Translations under genes and position numbers: made by a program
Part shown: positions 1-8,172 of the stretch, piece by piece
Position numbering within the stretch: the stretch's first letter is position 1
Layout of the letters: each line of letters opens with the position of its first letter
IMG/VR virus record: IMGVR_UViG_3300020239_000018
Coordinates: 1-27,283 of that record
Strand: one strand, 5' to 3'
DNA length: 27,283 nt
Source of the DNA: a virus
Taxonomy: Duplodnaviria; Caudoviricetes
Notes under the pieces: model-generated
Databases searched by the model: none
What the model was told of the DNA's origin: nothing
The model's input: only the letters and a program-made list of their open reading frames with translations

Positions 1-1
1 A

Positions 2-568
2 GGCAAGGCATACACAGCGCAAGGTACAACTCTGACCTTCTCCTCACCGCCAGCTAACGGTGATGTGATACAAGTTCGCTACTTTGGTCGTGCAATAGAC
101 CAACCCCTTAGCTACGCGATGGCGTTGTTTAAGTTTGTAGCAACAGCTAATCAGACTGCGTTTACAGGTGCAGATGCTAACGGCGCAGTGCTATCCTTTA
201 CGGATGTAGATGTATATTTAAACGGCGTACACCTAGATGCCACAGACTTCACCACCAGTAATGGCGATACGATTACACTTGGTTCTGGTGCGGCTGTAAA
301 CGATGAGTTGGTTGTCCGCGCCTTCCGTGCTTTTACTGCGACTGATACAGTCAGTAAGTCTAGCGGCGGTACATTTGCAGGTGAAATTACTGCACCGCAG
401 TTTCAGACCACAAACACCACAGTTGACACGGCTGTGTTTCGCACAAATGGACAAACAGTAGACGAAGATACTACAATAACATCAACCAAGAATGCATTGG
501 CGATTGGTCCGTTGACCATAGACACATCAACTGCGATTACCGTCAACGGTAATCTAACAATACTGTGA
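2..568 (+). CDS. Tail fibre/structural protein, 5'-truncated by the window edge
   Basis: The frame is open from position 2 (GKAYTAQGTTLTFSSPPANGDVIQVRY...), so the listed start at 65 is internal. Repeated small beta domains (DVYLNGV...DFT..NG.TITL) and a C-terminal TI..TKNALAIGPLTI...ITVNGNLTIL tip typical of marine phage fibres. Confidence 0.75.
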   Translation, partial: GKAYTAQGTTLTFSSPPANGDVIQVRYFGRAIDQPLSYAMALFKFVATANQTAFTGADANGAVLSFTDVDVYLNGVHLDATDFTTSNGDTITLGSGAAVNDELVVRAFRAFTATDTVSKSSGGTFAGEITAPQFQTTNTTVDTAVFRTNGQTVDEDTTITSTKNALAIGPLTIDTSTAITVNGNLTIL

Positions 569-575
569 GACACAG

Positions 576-1133
576 ATGGCTTCTATACTAAATGTAGACC
601 AGATAAAAAACGCGGCTGGCACAAGTTCCATGACGATTGACAGTAGTGGTCGTCTTTTTCAACCAGCTAAACCAATTATGTCTTTGAGAGGTGCGGCAAC
701 ATTTTCTAGTTCCAGCCCCTTTACTACAGATACCGCACCGAATACAGGCGGAGATATTGCGGCATTATCTAATCTAAGAGAGGTTACATCATGGTCAGAG
801 GTGGAAGTAAACCAAGGTGGGATGTATGGAAGTGATGGAAGATTAACCGCGCCAGTTGCTGGGATATATCAATTCTCAATAGAGTGTAGGCGTAATTATT
901 CTCAATCAAATGGAAATAGACATTTGTGGGTTCTTCATCGTCCAGCGGGTTCTTCAACAGTTGAAACGATAGTTTATTCTTGGACATCTAATGCTTATAG
1001 TTGGACCACACTTAATTTCACACACATTATGAATTTAGCTGTTAATGACCAAATCTCTGTTGGCGCATATACTGGTTACTTATGGCATCCAGATGTAGTC
1101 CATGCAAATTTTAGTGGATATTTAATAGGGTAA
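576..1133 (+). CDS. Short tail fibre/adhesin with C1q-like (gC1q/TNF-fold) C-terminal domain
   Basis: gC1q hallmarks: GRLTAPVAGIYQFS, LAVNDQISV and terminal FSGYLIG. N-terminus is MASILNVDQI. Confidence 0.75.
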   Translation: MASILNVDQIKNAAGTSSMTIDSSGRLFQPAKPIMSLRGAATFSSSSPFTTDTAPNTGGDIAALSNLREVTSWSEVEVNQGGMYGSDGRLTAPVAGIYQFSIECRRNYSQSNGNRHLWVLHRPAGSSTVETIVYSWTSNAYSWTTLNFTHIMNLAVNDQISVGAYTGYLWHPDVVHANFSGYLIG

Positions 1134-1136
1134 GGC

Positions 1137-1688
1137 ATGTCAACATTATATGTAGATACAATAAATGAGAAGACCACAAACAACGGGGTGTATATTCCGG
1201 GTCATCCCTTACAAGTTGTTAGTAATACATACACCTCTAGATTTGTTACAAACTCTACCTCTTATGCAGAAGTTGCAGGATTAACAACATCCATTACCCC
1301 AAGCAGTAGCAGTAGTAAAGTATTGGTACAGATTAATGTAACTTATAGTGCTTTTGGTCACGGTGGATTTAAAGTTTATAGAAGTCAAGGTGGAACAGAT
1401 ACTCTTCTTTCTGTTGGTGATGCGAACGCCAGCAATACAAATCAGGTGCGCGAGGTAATTCACTTCTATAAAACTACTGGTAACTCTACCACCTACGATA
1501 TGGATAGTGCTTCAGTTACAATTTTAGATACCCCAGCTACATCTAGCGCAGTAAGTTACAAACTATTTGCAGGAGTCCCACACTCTAATAGTTATTATTG
1601 CACTGTAAATTACCAGTATTCAGAAGGGAATTACGCTTATTCATCAACAACTATTTCAACAATGACTTTAACGGAGATTGGCGGATGA
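1137..1688 (+). CDS. Short tail fibre/adhesin-like virion protein
   Basis: MSTLYVDTI...PGHPLQVV...GLTTSITPSSSSSKVLV...LDTPATSSAVSYK...TLTEIGG pattern, common in marine phage tail loci; tightly packed between adhesin genes. Confidence 0.7.
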   Translation: MSTLYVDTINEKTTNNGVYIPGHPLQVVSNTYTSRFVTNSTSYAEVAGLTTSITPSSSSSKVLVQINVTYSAFGHGGFKVYRSQGGTDTLLSVGDANASNTNQVREVIHFYKTTGNSTTYDMDSASVTILDTPATSSAVSYKLFAGVPHSNSYYCTVNYQYSEGNYAYSSTTISTMTLTEIGG

Positions 1689-2188
1689 CCAGCGTACTAA
1701 AAGTCACCGAAATCCAAGACCCAACAAACTCGAACAGTGCGCTAACAATTAATAGCACAGGCAATGTTTTGTTGCCAAATCGCCCGTCATTTATGTTTAC
1801 TTATTCAGGCGCAAATTGGACAACTAACGGGGGCTTAACTGGGTCTTATTCAGCCACAAAAGTTAATGAGGGTTCTCCAGCTATAACATGGACAGATGGC
1901 ACTGGAAGACTAACCGTTCCTTTGACAGGGTTGTATCTTATTACTTTTGGAATATTAGCAAATCCCAACGGAAGGATTGAAGGCTATCTTCAGCACAATG
2001 ATGTTTCAACAGGAACCGCCACCGTTATTGTTAACTTTAACGGCACAGGGTCAACTTATGATGGGCCAACCTTTACTGTCGTATATCCAGCGGAAGCAAA
2101 TGATTATTTTATGGTTCACAGAAGTTCTGGAACAGCATATGCGGACGTACACAACAATAATTATTTTGGCGCAACATTTTTAGGTTAA
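1685..2188 (+). CDS. Second C1q-like short tail fibre/adhesin (167 aa)
   Basis: The true start is the ATG at 1685 (ATGA overlap with the previous stop), giving MTSVLKVTEIQ. GRLTVPLTGLYLITF and terminal FGATFLG parallel the 576-1133 protein. Confidence 0.75.
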   Translation: MTSVLKVTEIQDPTNSNSALTINSTGNVLLPNRPSFMFTYSGANWTTNGGLTGSYSATKVNEGSPAITWTDGTGRLTVPLTGLYLITFGILANPNGRIEGYLQHNDVSTGTATVIVNFNGTGSTYDGPTFTVVYPAEANDYFMVHRSSGTAYADVHNNNYFGATFLG

Positions 2189-2191
2189 GTC

Positions 2192-2581
2192 ATGGCATCA
2201 GTATCAGAAGCAATCTTAGCAGTAGACCCCTACGGTGAGTGGGTTCTTGAAGGTGAACCCACAAATGAACAAGAGTTTAACTCTATGTACAAGCGGGTTA
2301 TTGACACGGACCTAGATGGCAACGCTGTACTTTCCAGCAACCCAGACAACTGGGCTGTGTCTTGGGAGTCTGTGTCCAAAGCAAAGGCGCAGTTAGATGC
2401 GGCAGAACCATTAAAGCTACTGCGCGAAGAACGCAACCGCCGTATTGCTGAGACAGATTGGTGGGCATCGTCTGACCTTACTATGTCCGCAGAACGTACA
2501 GCCTATCGTCAGGCACTGCGAGACATAACCAAAACATACTCATCACTTGACGATGTGGTGTGGCCTGATAAGCCGGAGTAG
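2192..2581 (+). CDS. Phage tail fibre assembly chaperone
   Basis: C-terminal LREERNRRIAETDW...AYRQALRDIT...VVWPDKP motif of tail assembly chaperone-like proteins; lies next to fibre genes. Confidence 0.8.
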   Translation: MASVSEAILAVDPYGEWVLEGEPTNEQEFNSMYKRVIDTDLDGNAVLSSNPDNWAVSWESVSKAKAQLDAAEPLKLLREERNRRIAETDWWASSDLTMSAERTAYRQALRDITKTYSSLDDVVWPDKPE

Positions 2582-2584
2582 GAT

Positions 2585-3787
2585 ATGAGTAGGGCAAGAA
2601 ACCTCGCAAGTTCAATTAGCGCAAAAAGAACGGCTGTTGGAAGGACTGGCAATGTTACTTTGGATTTAAGTGGTAGCTTTGATTACTTTGATGCTGAAAC
2701 TTTAACTGGGGCCACTACCGTTACTTTTGGAACGCCGTCTAGTCCGCACAAAAGATTTACTTACACCTTTATACCAAGCTACGACACCAGTGCGTCTTCA
2801 GTAGATGATACAGACACTTGGGTTATCGATGGGGCTGACTATAATAATAATATGGAAACTGGTGGTATATGCAGACTCTTTAGCAATGACGGTCTTAGGT
2901 ACTATACATCGAATTACAGTGGCGACCAAATAAATGAATTTATATTAGGTGCGCCATTTGAACTTGATAATGCAACTTGGAATCATAGAATTTATTTGAA
3001 TAACGAAAGTTCAAGTAACTATGGCCCAGTTATTAAGTCGTCTTTTACCTCTAATATGTCTGTCCCTGAGTGTATGCGATTTAATAATGATGGGACAAAG
3101 CTATTTGTAATGGGTCGTGGTAGTGATGCAGTAAAAGAGTTTCATCTGTCTACTGCTTTTGACCTGACTACTATTTCATACGACTCTAGCTTTTCTGTTG
3201 GGTCTAACGAAACAAATCCATATAATTTTAGCTTTAGTGCTGATGGCACAAGAATGCAGGTTTCTGGCTCTACTGGAGACGGGGTTGACCAATATCTCTT
3301 ATCAACTGGCTTTGATGTATCAACTGCTTCATTCGTAAGGTTTGATGCAACAACCGCACTGGTTGACGGAAGTTCTGTTGCAAGCTACGCAGGGTGTATG
3401 CTTTGGAATGCTGACGGAACAAAAATGTTCTACGGCCCCGGAAATAGCGCAACTCATTGCATATACACACTAACCCCCTCCACCCCTTACCTTCTTCACA
3501 CTAATACGACAGTTGACTCAAATAAGATATTTAGATTTGGTCTCAATGGAAGTCCTACAGGTCCATACAATATGTGGACACACATGCCTACACTAGACAG
3601 AATGTATTGGTCTGACCAAATGTTGATTATTGAACGTGGCACAAGGTATATACCAACTTTCGCTACATCCTTTAGCGGTGCTACTAAGTTCTTCACAAGG
3701 GGCTATAGGCATTTTTTAGAGTTTGAAACACACGATGGTGGTTCAAGTTATACGCTTATAAACCACACCAAGACAAACATACAGTGA
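2585..3787 (+). CDS. Tail-associated beta-propeller protein (putative receptor-binding)
   Basis: Repeated blades FSNDGLRYY / FNNDGTKLFV / FSADGTRMQV / WNADGTKMFY with LSTAFDLTT / LSTGFDVST motifs. Confidence 0.7.
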   Translation: MSRARNLASSISAKRTAVGRTGNVTLDLSGSFDYFDAETLTGATTVTFGTPSSPHKRFTYTFIPSYDTSASSVDDTDTWVIDGADYNNNMETGGICRLFSNDGLRYYTSNYSGDQINEFILGAPFELDNATWNHRIYLNNESSSNYGPVIKSSFTSNMSVPECMRFNNDGTKLFVMGRGSDAVKEFHLSTAFDLTTISYDSSFSVGSNETNPYNFSFSADGTRMQVSGSTGDGVDQYLLSTGFDVSTASFVRFDATTALVDGSSVASYAGCMLWNADGTKMFYGPGNSATHCIYTLTPSTPYLLHTNTTVDSNKIFRFGLNGSPTGPYNMWTHMPTLDRMYWSDQMLIIERGTRYIPTFATSFSGATKFFTRGYRHFLEFETHDGGSSYTLINHTKTNIQ

Positions 3788-3798
3788 GTTGAGTTAAT

Positions 3799-4521
3799 AT
3801 GTTTGGTGTTCAAGCAATATCCGAAGACAGTATCGCTACACAAGGTTTTGTTAAGCTAGGCGTTCAAGAGTTATCAGGTGTTTTTACGCAACAGACTCCA
3901 GCAATAAAGATAACTTCTGCTATTGACGAGTTAACTTCTAGTTTTACTTTTGAGGGACAGCCTAGTGGTTTGACTTTGGGTACAGTTGAAGTGAGTTCTT
4001 CATTCACCCAACAGACTGGTCAACAGTTAATAAACATTACCAGTGCCAGTAACACATTTAGTTTTACAAAGGATATCACTCCAATCAAAAAAGCATCTGC
4101 GGATGCCGATATGTCTGGTGTCTTTACACAAACTACGGCGCAAAACTTTACTGCAAGCGCAGGGTTTGAACCTAGCTTCGCCTTTACACAAGACCTGTCT
4201 GCGGCAAAGACAGTAAGCGCACTGTCTACGCACAGGGCAATAACAGAACAGACTACGCCGTCAACCGTTACCCGATTCTCGTCTGGTGACCTTTCGTTCT
4301 CTTTCGAGAGTACACAGATTGGTAACAAGATGAAGGACGCAAATCTTGGTACACTAACATTTACATTTACCCAAGATACATTTGGAGACAACTTGTTTGA
4401 GGATTGGGCTGACCTAGTTCCAACAGCTACAGAAAACTGGACAACAACAAGCAGAGGTACGGGTACATGGACACCCCGTTCTTCTGCCGCAAGCGTAACT
4501 TGGGTAGACCCTGTAAGATAG
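3799..4521 (+). CDS. Virion structural protein with 20-aa periodic repeats
   Basis: MFG..IS N-terminus, Thr/Ser-rich body with F-T at residues 29, 49, 69, 89, 109 and 129, and a Trp-spaced C-terminal tail; located in the tail gene cluster. Confidence 0.65.
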   Translation: MFGVQAISEDSIATQGFVKLGVQELSGVFTQQTPAIKITSAIDELTSSFTFEGQPSGLTLGTVEVSSSFTQQTGQQLINITSASNTFSFTKDITPIKKASADADMSGVFTQTTAQNFTASAGFEPSFAFTQDLSAAKTVSALSTHRAITEQTTPSTVTRFSSGDLSFSFESTQIGNKMKDANLGTLTFTFTQDTFGDNLFEDWADLVPTATENWTTTSRGTGTWTPRSSAASVTWVDPVR

Positions 4522-4544
4522 TTAAGCCGCCAATACTAAGACTA

Positions 4545-4553
4545 TGATATATT
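4545..4553 (+). promoter_or_regulatory. Possible extended -10 promoter (TGaTATATT) in an AT-rich intergenic gap
   Basis: The only sizeable intergenic gap in the structural operon (4522-4578). TG-n-TATATT is followed by the SD AAAGAGGA before the ATG at 4579. No good -35. Confidence 0.3.
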
Positions 4554-4578
4554 ATATTAAGTCGAGAAAGAGGATAAA

Positions 4579-5511
4579 ATGCCGTCAACCTACACTAACT
4601 TAGGAATTGAAAAACAAGGGTCAGGCGAGAACGCTAACTCTTGGGGTGATATTACCAATACTAACTTTGATATCATTGACGAGGCAATGGCAGAAATTTA
4701 CACAATTTCTTCTAGTGCTACGTCACAAACTGTTTCCGCACCAACCGATGGCACATCTGGTCAAGAAGAAAGATACGCAACGTATAGATATACTGGTTCA
4801 CCATCTGGTGCGGTCACTGTTACATTGCCGTCATCCGTCAAAAAGATAATTAACATTATCAACGGTTACTCCCAGAACATCACATTTCAAGTTGGTTCTG
4901 GCGCGACAACAACGACAGTGTTTGCAAACTCCTCTGGGATTATACACACTGACGGCGTTAACAGTGTTTACTCTCTATCCGAGGGGTCCGCTAATCAGCT
5001 TAGGCACAACGGCGTAACAAAAGCAGAGGCCGTGTCAGGCGGTGTGGATGTAACTGGTATACTGAACGTCTCATCTAACATAGTTGGTTCTGGAACTCTG
5101 GCGGCTGGCAATACAACAATTACAGGCACAACCGATATAACTGGTGACCTAGATGTAGACAACATTAACATCAATGGTAATTCAATTACATCTACAGATA
5201 CGAACGGAAACATCAATATAACACCAAACGGAACTGGCTCTGTTGTTATTGACGGACTGTCATTTCCTCAAGCAGACGGAAGCGCAAACCAAGTCTTAAC
5301 AACGAACGGTTCTGGTCAGATAGCGTTTGCTAACGCATCATCTTCTTTGGGTTCATCTTTAAGTCTAGTTAATGTTGGCTCCGCTTGGGATATATCAGTG
5401 GACTCAAATAACAACCTAGTATTTTCCTACGGTGGCACGGCAAAAGCAAAGATAGCAACTGACGGTCATATAACATCTATTGATGACGTAACAGCATTTG
5501 GAACTATCTAG
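4579..5511 (+). CDS. Tail fibre protein
   Basis: N-terminal MPSTYTNLGIEKQGSGENANSWGDITNTNFDIID anchor domain; LDVDNININGNSITSTDTNGNINITPNGTG and PQADGSANQVLTTNGSGQ fibre repeats; strong SD. Confidence 0.8.
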   Translation: MPSTYTNLGIEKQGSGENANSWGDITNTNFDIIDEAMAEIYTISSSATSQTVSAPTDGTSGQEERYATYRYTGSPSGAVTVTLPSSVKKIINIINGYSQNITFQVGSGATTTTVFANSSGIIHTDGVNSVYSLSEGSANQLRHNGVTKAEAVSGGVDVTGILNVSSNIVGSGTLAAGNTTITGTTDITGDLDVDNININGNSITSTDTNGNINITPNGTGSVVIDGLSFPQADGSANQVLTTNGSGQIAFANASSSLGSSLSLVNVGSAWDISVDSNNNLVFSYGGTAKAKIATDGHITSIDDVTAFGTI

Positions 5512-5513
5512 TC

Positions 5514-6146
5514 ATGACGCTACAAACATCAGGTGCAATATCACTCGCTGACATAGCGGCTGAGTATGGTGGTACTGCGCCACACAGTATATCTGAATAC
5601 TATTTGGGTGCTGGTGCGCCATCTACAGTGGTGGAACAAGTCACGGCTAGTTCCCTTGGGGGAAGTGTTTCGGATGTCCGTGGAAACTATTGGGGTACTC
5701 CCGCAACATTAAATAGCGGAAACTATCTTTATGTTCACAACAGATGGGCCGACAACGGTGGGGTGGGTTCTGGCAATACAAATTGGGTAGTTAACAAAAC
5801 TGGTACTTATCACTATGTGACTACTTACTATATTCAAAATGGACAAAATAGGGCGCAATACACATGGAATATAAAGGCAGGAGATACTGGTAGTTATTCT
5901 CAACACACACAATACTACACAGCCTACACTGTAAATGCGAGTGTGAGTGTTAGCGGCACTATACCGTTGAATGCTGGTGACAGAGTACAGTGTGTTGTGT
6001 CTTGGCCTTCCGCTGGTTGGGCAAGTTCAGGTGTTTATTTTTATGGAAACAGTGGAAGCACAAGCATAGATGTAGCCGCTAACTCTTCTTTGCCTTCATC
6101 TGGAACAATAGCACTTAATCAGTTTTATGGTGGAAGGGCTTCTTAA
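5514..6146 (+). CDS. Tail fibre tip/adhesin-like protein
   Basis: MTLQTSGAISLADIAAEYGGTAPHSISEYY N-terminus and PSSGTIALNQFYG C-terminal motif, a family usually found directly after fibre genes; aromatic/Gly-rich central domain. Confidence 0.65.
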   Translation: MTLQTSGAISLADIAAEYGGTAPHSISEYYLGAGAPSTVVEQVTASSLGGSVSDVRGNYWGTPATLNSGNYLYVHNRWADNGGVGSGNTNWVVNKTGTYHYVTTYYIQNGQNRAQYTWNIKAGDTGSYSQHTQYYTAYTVNASVSVSGTIPLNAGDRVQCVVSWPSAGWASSGVYFYGNSGSTSIDVAANSSLPSSGTIALNQFYGGRAS

Positions 6147-7927
6147 TGCCACTAGCTACTTTAAAATTTATGCCGGGAATTGTGAAGGATGATACTAGCT
6201 ATTCATCTGAGGGTAGGTGGATTGACTCTGATAAAATACGATTCTGGAATGGCAAGGCGGAAAAAATTAAGGGTTGGCAAAAGCTAACTCAAAATCAATT
6301 CTCTGGTTCTTGTCGTGGTCTCGTGCAGTGGAGAGACAACGATGGCAATGCCCTCATGGCTGTCGGCACACATACACATCTATATATACTTAAGGGTGGT
6401 GTGTTATATGATGTAACTCCAGTCATTTCATCTGGCAATCTTAGTAATGCATTTAGCGTAACTAACGGTTCTCCGACAGTGACTGTTACATCTGCCGCAC
6501 ATGGCATGGTTGACGGAAACAGAATTATACTAGGTGCCGCTAGTTTTAATGGTGTATCTTGGGCGGCTGGTACAGAGTTCACAATTACTTTTATTAACAC
6601 AAACTCGTTTAGTATCACAGCCTCCGGCAACGCCACATCAACAGGTTCCTCTGTAGGTGGTACGGTATCATTTCAATACCTTCTAAACCCCGGTCAGTCT
6701 GACTCTGTATTTGATTTTGGTTGGGGTGTTGGAACTTGGAACACTGCAAGAAGCGGTGGTGGATGGAATGTGCCAGCAAATACCACAGGTCTTGAAGTTG
6801 ACGCAAGAACTTGGTCGTTTGATATATTCGGTGAGGACTTAGTGGCTTCTGTTATTGGTCACCCTCTTATGACATGGGACGCTTCCGCTGGTGTGGGTAC
6901 TAGGGCAACTCAAATAACAGACTCGTCCACAGGAGATAGTGAGACACCAAACACATCAAGAAGCGTTATCGTCTCCACACCAGATAGACACTTAGTTTCT
7001 CTTGGTGCAGATGACCCACTGACAGTTAAGTTTGCCAGTCAAGAAACAACAGGAACGTGGACAGCCGCCGCAACAAATACTGCGGGTTCACAGAGATTGA
7101 CTGGTGGTTCTAAGATTATTGGCGCGAGAAGAACTCGTGGTCAGATATTGATTTGGACTGACACAAGTCTACACTCTATGACGTTTCGTGGGCCACCTTA
7201 TACATTTGGCTTTCGTGAGTTGGCTACAGGATGTGGGCTTGGTGGACCGCTTGCCGCTGTTGAGGTAGGCGGTATTGTTTATTGGATGGGTATCAATCAG
7301 TTCTTTGCTTTTGATGGTACAGTTAGGCCACTTATTGGACCAGTAAACAACTTTGTGTTTGAAGACCTTAATCCTATCCAAGTTGAGAAGGTTGTAGCTG
7401 GGCTAGATAAAGAACACAGCGAGGTGTTTTGGTTCTATCCAGATGCCTCTAATAACGAGAACAATAGATATGTTAAGTATAATTATCGTGAGAATGTCTG
7501 GGATGTCGGAACAATGGACAGAACAGCGTGGACAGACGCATCGACATTCCCGAACAACACAGGTGCCGCAACTAACGGATATCTATACTCACATGAAATC
7601 GGTGAGGATGCAGATGGCGCGGCTATGCAGTCTTACATTGAGTCGGCAGACATGGACATTGGGGACGGTCAAGAGGTTATGTTCGTCACTCGCGCATTGC
7701 CTGACATTGAAACAAGCGGAACGGTTGACGTTACCTTCAAAACAAGAAAAGACGCTATGTCCAGTTTTACAACTAAAGGACCATTTCCAGTCACCTCGGC
7801 TACGGAAAGAATTAATCCAAGGTTGCGAGGAAGGCAGATGTCTATCAAGGCAGAAAGTAACTCGGTCGGCACGGGTTGGCGTCTTGGCTTTACAAGAGTC
7901 GATATGCAAGCAGATGGTGAGAGATAA
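6146..7927 (+). CDS. Tail tubular / DNA stabilisation protein (P22 gp10-like beta-propeller)
   Basis: 593 aa; MPL..LKF.PGI.KD.T.YS.EGRWIDSDKIRF start, Trp-rich propeller repeats (QILIWTD, VYWMG, EVFWFYP) and terminal RGRQ...WRLG..R.D...DG.R; located before the ejection proteins. Confidence 0.75.
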   Translation: MPLATLKFMPGIVKDDTSYSSEGRWIDSDKIRFWNGKAEKIKGWQKLTQNQFSGSCRGLVQWRDNDGNALMAVGTHTHLYILKGGVLYDVTPVISSGNLSNAFSVTNGSPTVTVTSAAHGMVDGNRIILGAASFNGVSWAAGTEFTITFINTNSFSITASGNATSTGSSVGGTVSFQYLLNPGQSDSVFDFGWGVGTWNTARSGGGWNVPANTTGLEVDARTWSFDIFGEDLVASVIGHPLMTWDASAGVGTRATQITDSSTGDSETPNTSRSVIVSTPDRHLVSLGADDPLTVKFASQETTGTWTAAATNTAGSQRLTGGSKIIGARRTRGQILIWTDTSLHSMTFRGPPYTFGFRELATGCGLGGPLAAVEVGGIVYWMGINQFFAFDGTVRPLIGPVNNFVFEDLNPIQVEKVVAGLDKEHSEVFWFYPDASNNENNRYVKYNYRENVWDVGTMDRTAWTDASTFPNNTGAATNGYLYSHEIGEDADGAAMQSYIESADMDIGDGQEVMFVTRALPDIETSGTVDVTFKTRKDAMSSFTTKGPFPVTSATERINPRLRGRQMSIKAESNSVGTGWRLGFTRVDMQADGER

Positions 7928-8172
7928 TGGCTACGCTACCCAGACCGACTGAAGACTTAAGATACTGGGGTGACGTTCTTATAGATGAACTTGAGAACGA
8001 GATAGACAAGATTAACCAAGCGGCTAACACGGGTGACCCAGATGTTAGCTTTGCTGTAAGTAACTTTACTCAAGATAAAGATTTGAACGCTGGCACTGCA
8101 ACAACTGCGGACGTTGCTAACGTACTGGCTACGGTAATACAAGCACTTAGAAACAAAGGGATATTAGCGTAA
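7927..8172 (+). CDS. Small structural protein
   Basis: Translationally coupled (TAATG) on both sides; N-terminal coiled coil and a C-terminal LATVIQALRNKGIL helix. Confidence 0.6.
   Translation: MATLPRPTEDLRYWGDVLIDELENEIDKINQAANTGDPDVSFAVSNFTQDKDLNAGTATTADVANVLATVIQALRNKGILA

Noticed and set aside
1598-1684. Longer start for the second C1q gene
   Set aside because: It overlaps the previous gene; the ATGA-coupled ATG at 1685 gives the shared family N-terminus.
576-2188. Diversity-generating retroelement or shufflon acting on the adhesin genes
   Set aside because: No reverse transcriptase or site-specific recombinase in the window, no near-identical template/variable repeat pair, and all cassettes are on one strand with their own starts.
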